From assembly GCA_046761065.1 (NCBI GenBank), contig JBHIFL010000082.1, forward strand, positions 1 to 17,333: a stretch of 17,333 nucleotides of DNA. Direction: 5' to 3'. The position numbers were made by a program, and so were the translations under genes. The DNA comes from Candidatus Heimdallarchaeota archaeon. Lineage in GTDB: Archaea; Asgardarchaeota; Wukongarchaeia; Wukongarchaeales; JBHIFL01. Each line of letters begins with the position of its first letter. Positions within the stretch are counted from its first letter, which is position 1. Below the pieces are notes generated by a model, which saw only the letters and a program-made list of their open reading frames with translations, ran no database searches and was not told the DNA's origin. Positions 16,563-17,333 of the stretch are shown here, piece by piece.

Positions 16563-16965
16563 GGGCTCACCATAAAAGTTACCATCTAATAATTGACTTC
16601 TTTTTACATATTTAATTACTTTAGGATATTTGCTAATTATAAGTACTTTTTTTTTACCAAATCCTTCTAAGACCGCTCTAGGTTAGATTAATTGGAAATA
16701 TTTAGGTTATTCTTGTAATTAAGCGACTTTCTAGAACCCCAACCGAACTAATCCTAATCGTACTACTTATCCAGGATATAAACGCTTTATTATCTTGTTT
16801 ATCCAAAATTTGAACAATGGAAGCAACTGTTCGCATGATTATGCCACATGCGGTTTCCATAAAGTTACGACCACAAGAGACTCCATGAATAATTAGAAAA
16901 AATTAATTGGGTGAGTATTTTAATATATATTAGAGAATAGTCACTCTCAGATGAAAGGTGATAGT

Positions 16966-17214
16966 ATGTCTTTTAATTCCAATTCGCTTCTCCAATACGC
17001 TATAATCTTCTTTCTTATTGGTACAATCATCCAGATCCTAGCATGGCGGAAAGCAAAGACTATTGAGCGCGAGGAGCGAAAGCAGATCCAGTCGTTCTTG
17101 TCTAAAGGGGATCCTGTTGATTTAGCGCGTAGCACAAATGATCCTCTCGTTTTTGAAAAGGTTGATGAACAAACCTTCCGAAAAATTGACAAAATCATGA
17201 AAGATGGCTATTAG
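16966..17214 (+). CDS. Hypothetical single-pass membrane protein
   Basis: AGGTGA RBS before ATG 16966 (track start 16951), one TM helix then a charged region, TATA-like TAATATATATTA at 16921-16932. Confidence 0.6.
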   Translation: MSFNSNSLLQYAIIFFLIGTIIQILAWRKAKTIEREERKQIQSFLSKGDPVDLARSTNDPLVFEKVDEQTFRKIDKIMKDGY

Positions 17215-17333
17215 GAAGAGAAGCGGGGTAAGCAATTCAAAAATGTTGAAATAGATTCACAACCCCCGGATATTTTTTTTAAACCTTAAAATCCTTGGAG
17301 TAATTAGATCAACTCCATTACACTTCATTTTTC

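Noticed and set aside
11938-17198. Short antisense ORFs within the M20, pyrE, MobB-like, acyl-CoA dehydrogenase and final genes
   Set aside because: Overlap better-supported genes on the opposite strand.

Overview
Archaeal-looking chromosomal window (GGTGA-type ribosome-binding sites, TATA-type promoters, oligo-T terminators). The lineage cannot be determined from sequence alone. Left to right: (1) a truncated TIGR03916/COG4277-type DNA modification/repair radical SAM gene missed by the ORF track; (2) a small basic-tailed membrane protein and a structured intergenic region; (3) a minus-strand operon of duplicated DUF2178-like membrane proteins, an XRE regulator and an ABC exporter, preceded by five abutting 16-bp palindromic operator-like units over the TATA box; (4) a creatininase-family gene; (5) an ECF transporter with an extended EcfT, a fused double ATPase, a divergent S component and a small 2-TM partner; (6) an M20 amidohydrolase, pyrE, a P-loop-degenerate MobB/Fe-S protein, an acyl-CoA dehydrogenase, an HxlR regulator and a small membrane protein. 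The ABC ATPase, ABC permease and creatininase genes carry four in-frame nonsense codons with no frameshifts, all within 2.5-7.1 kb. No rRNA, tRNA, CRISPR array or transposase was recognised.
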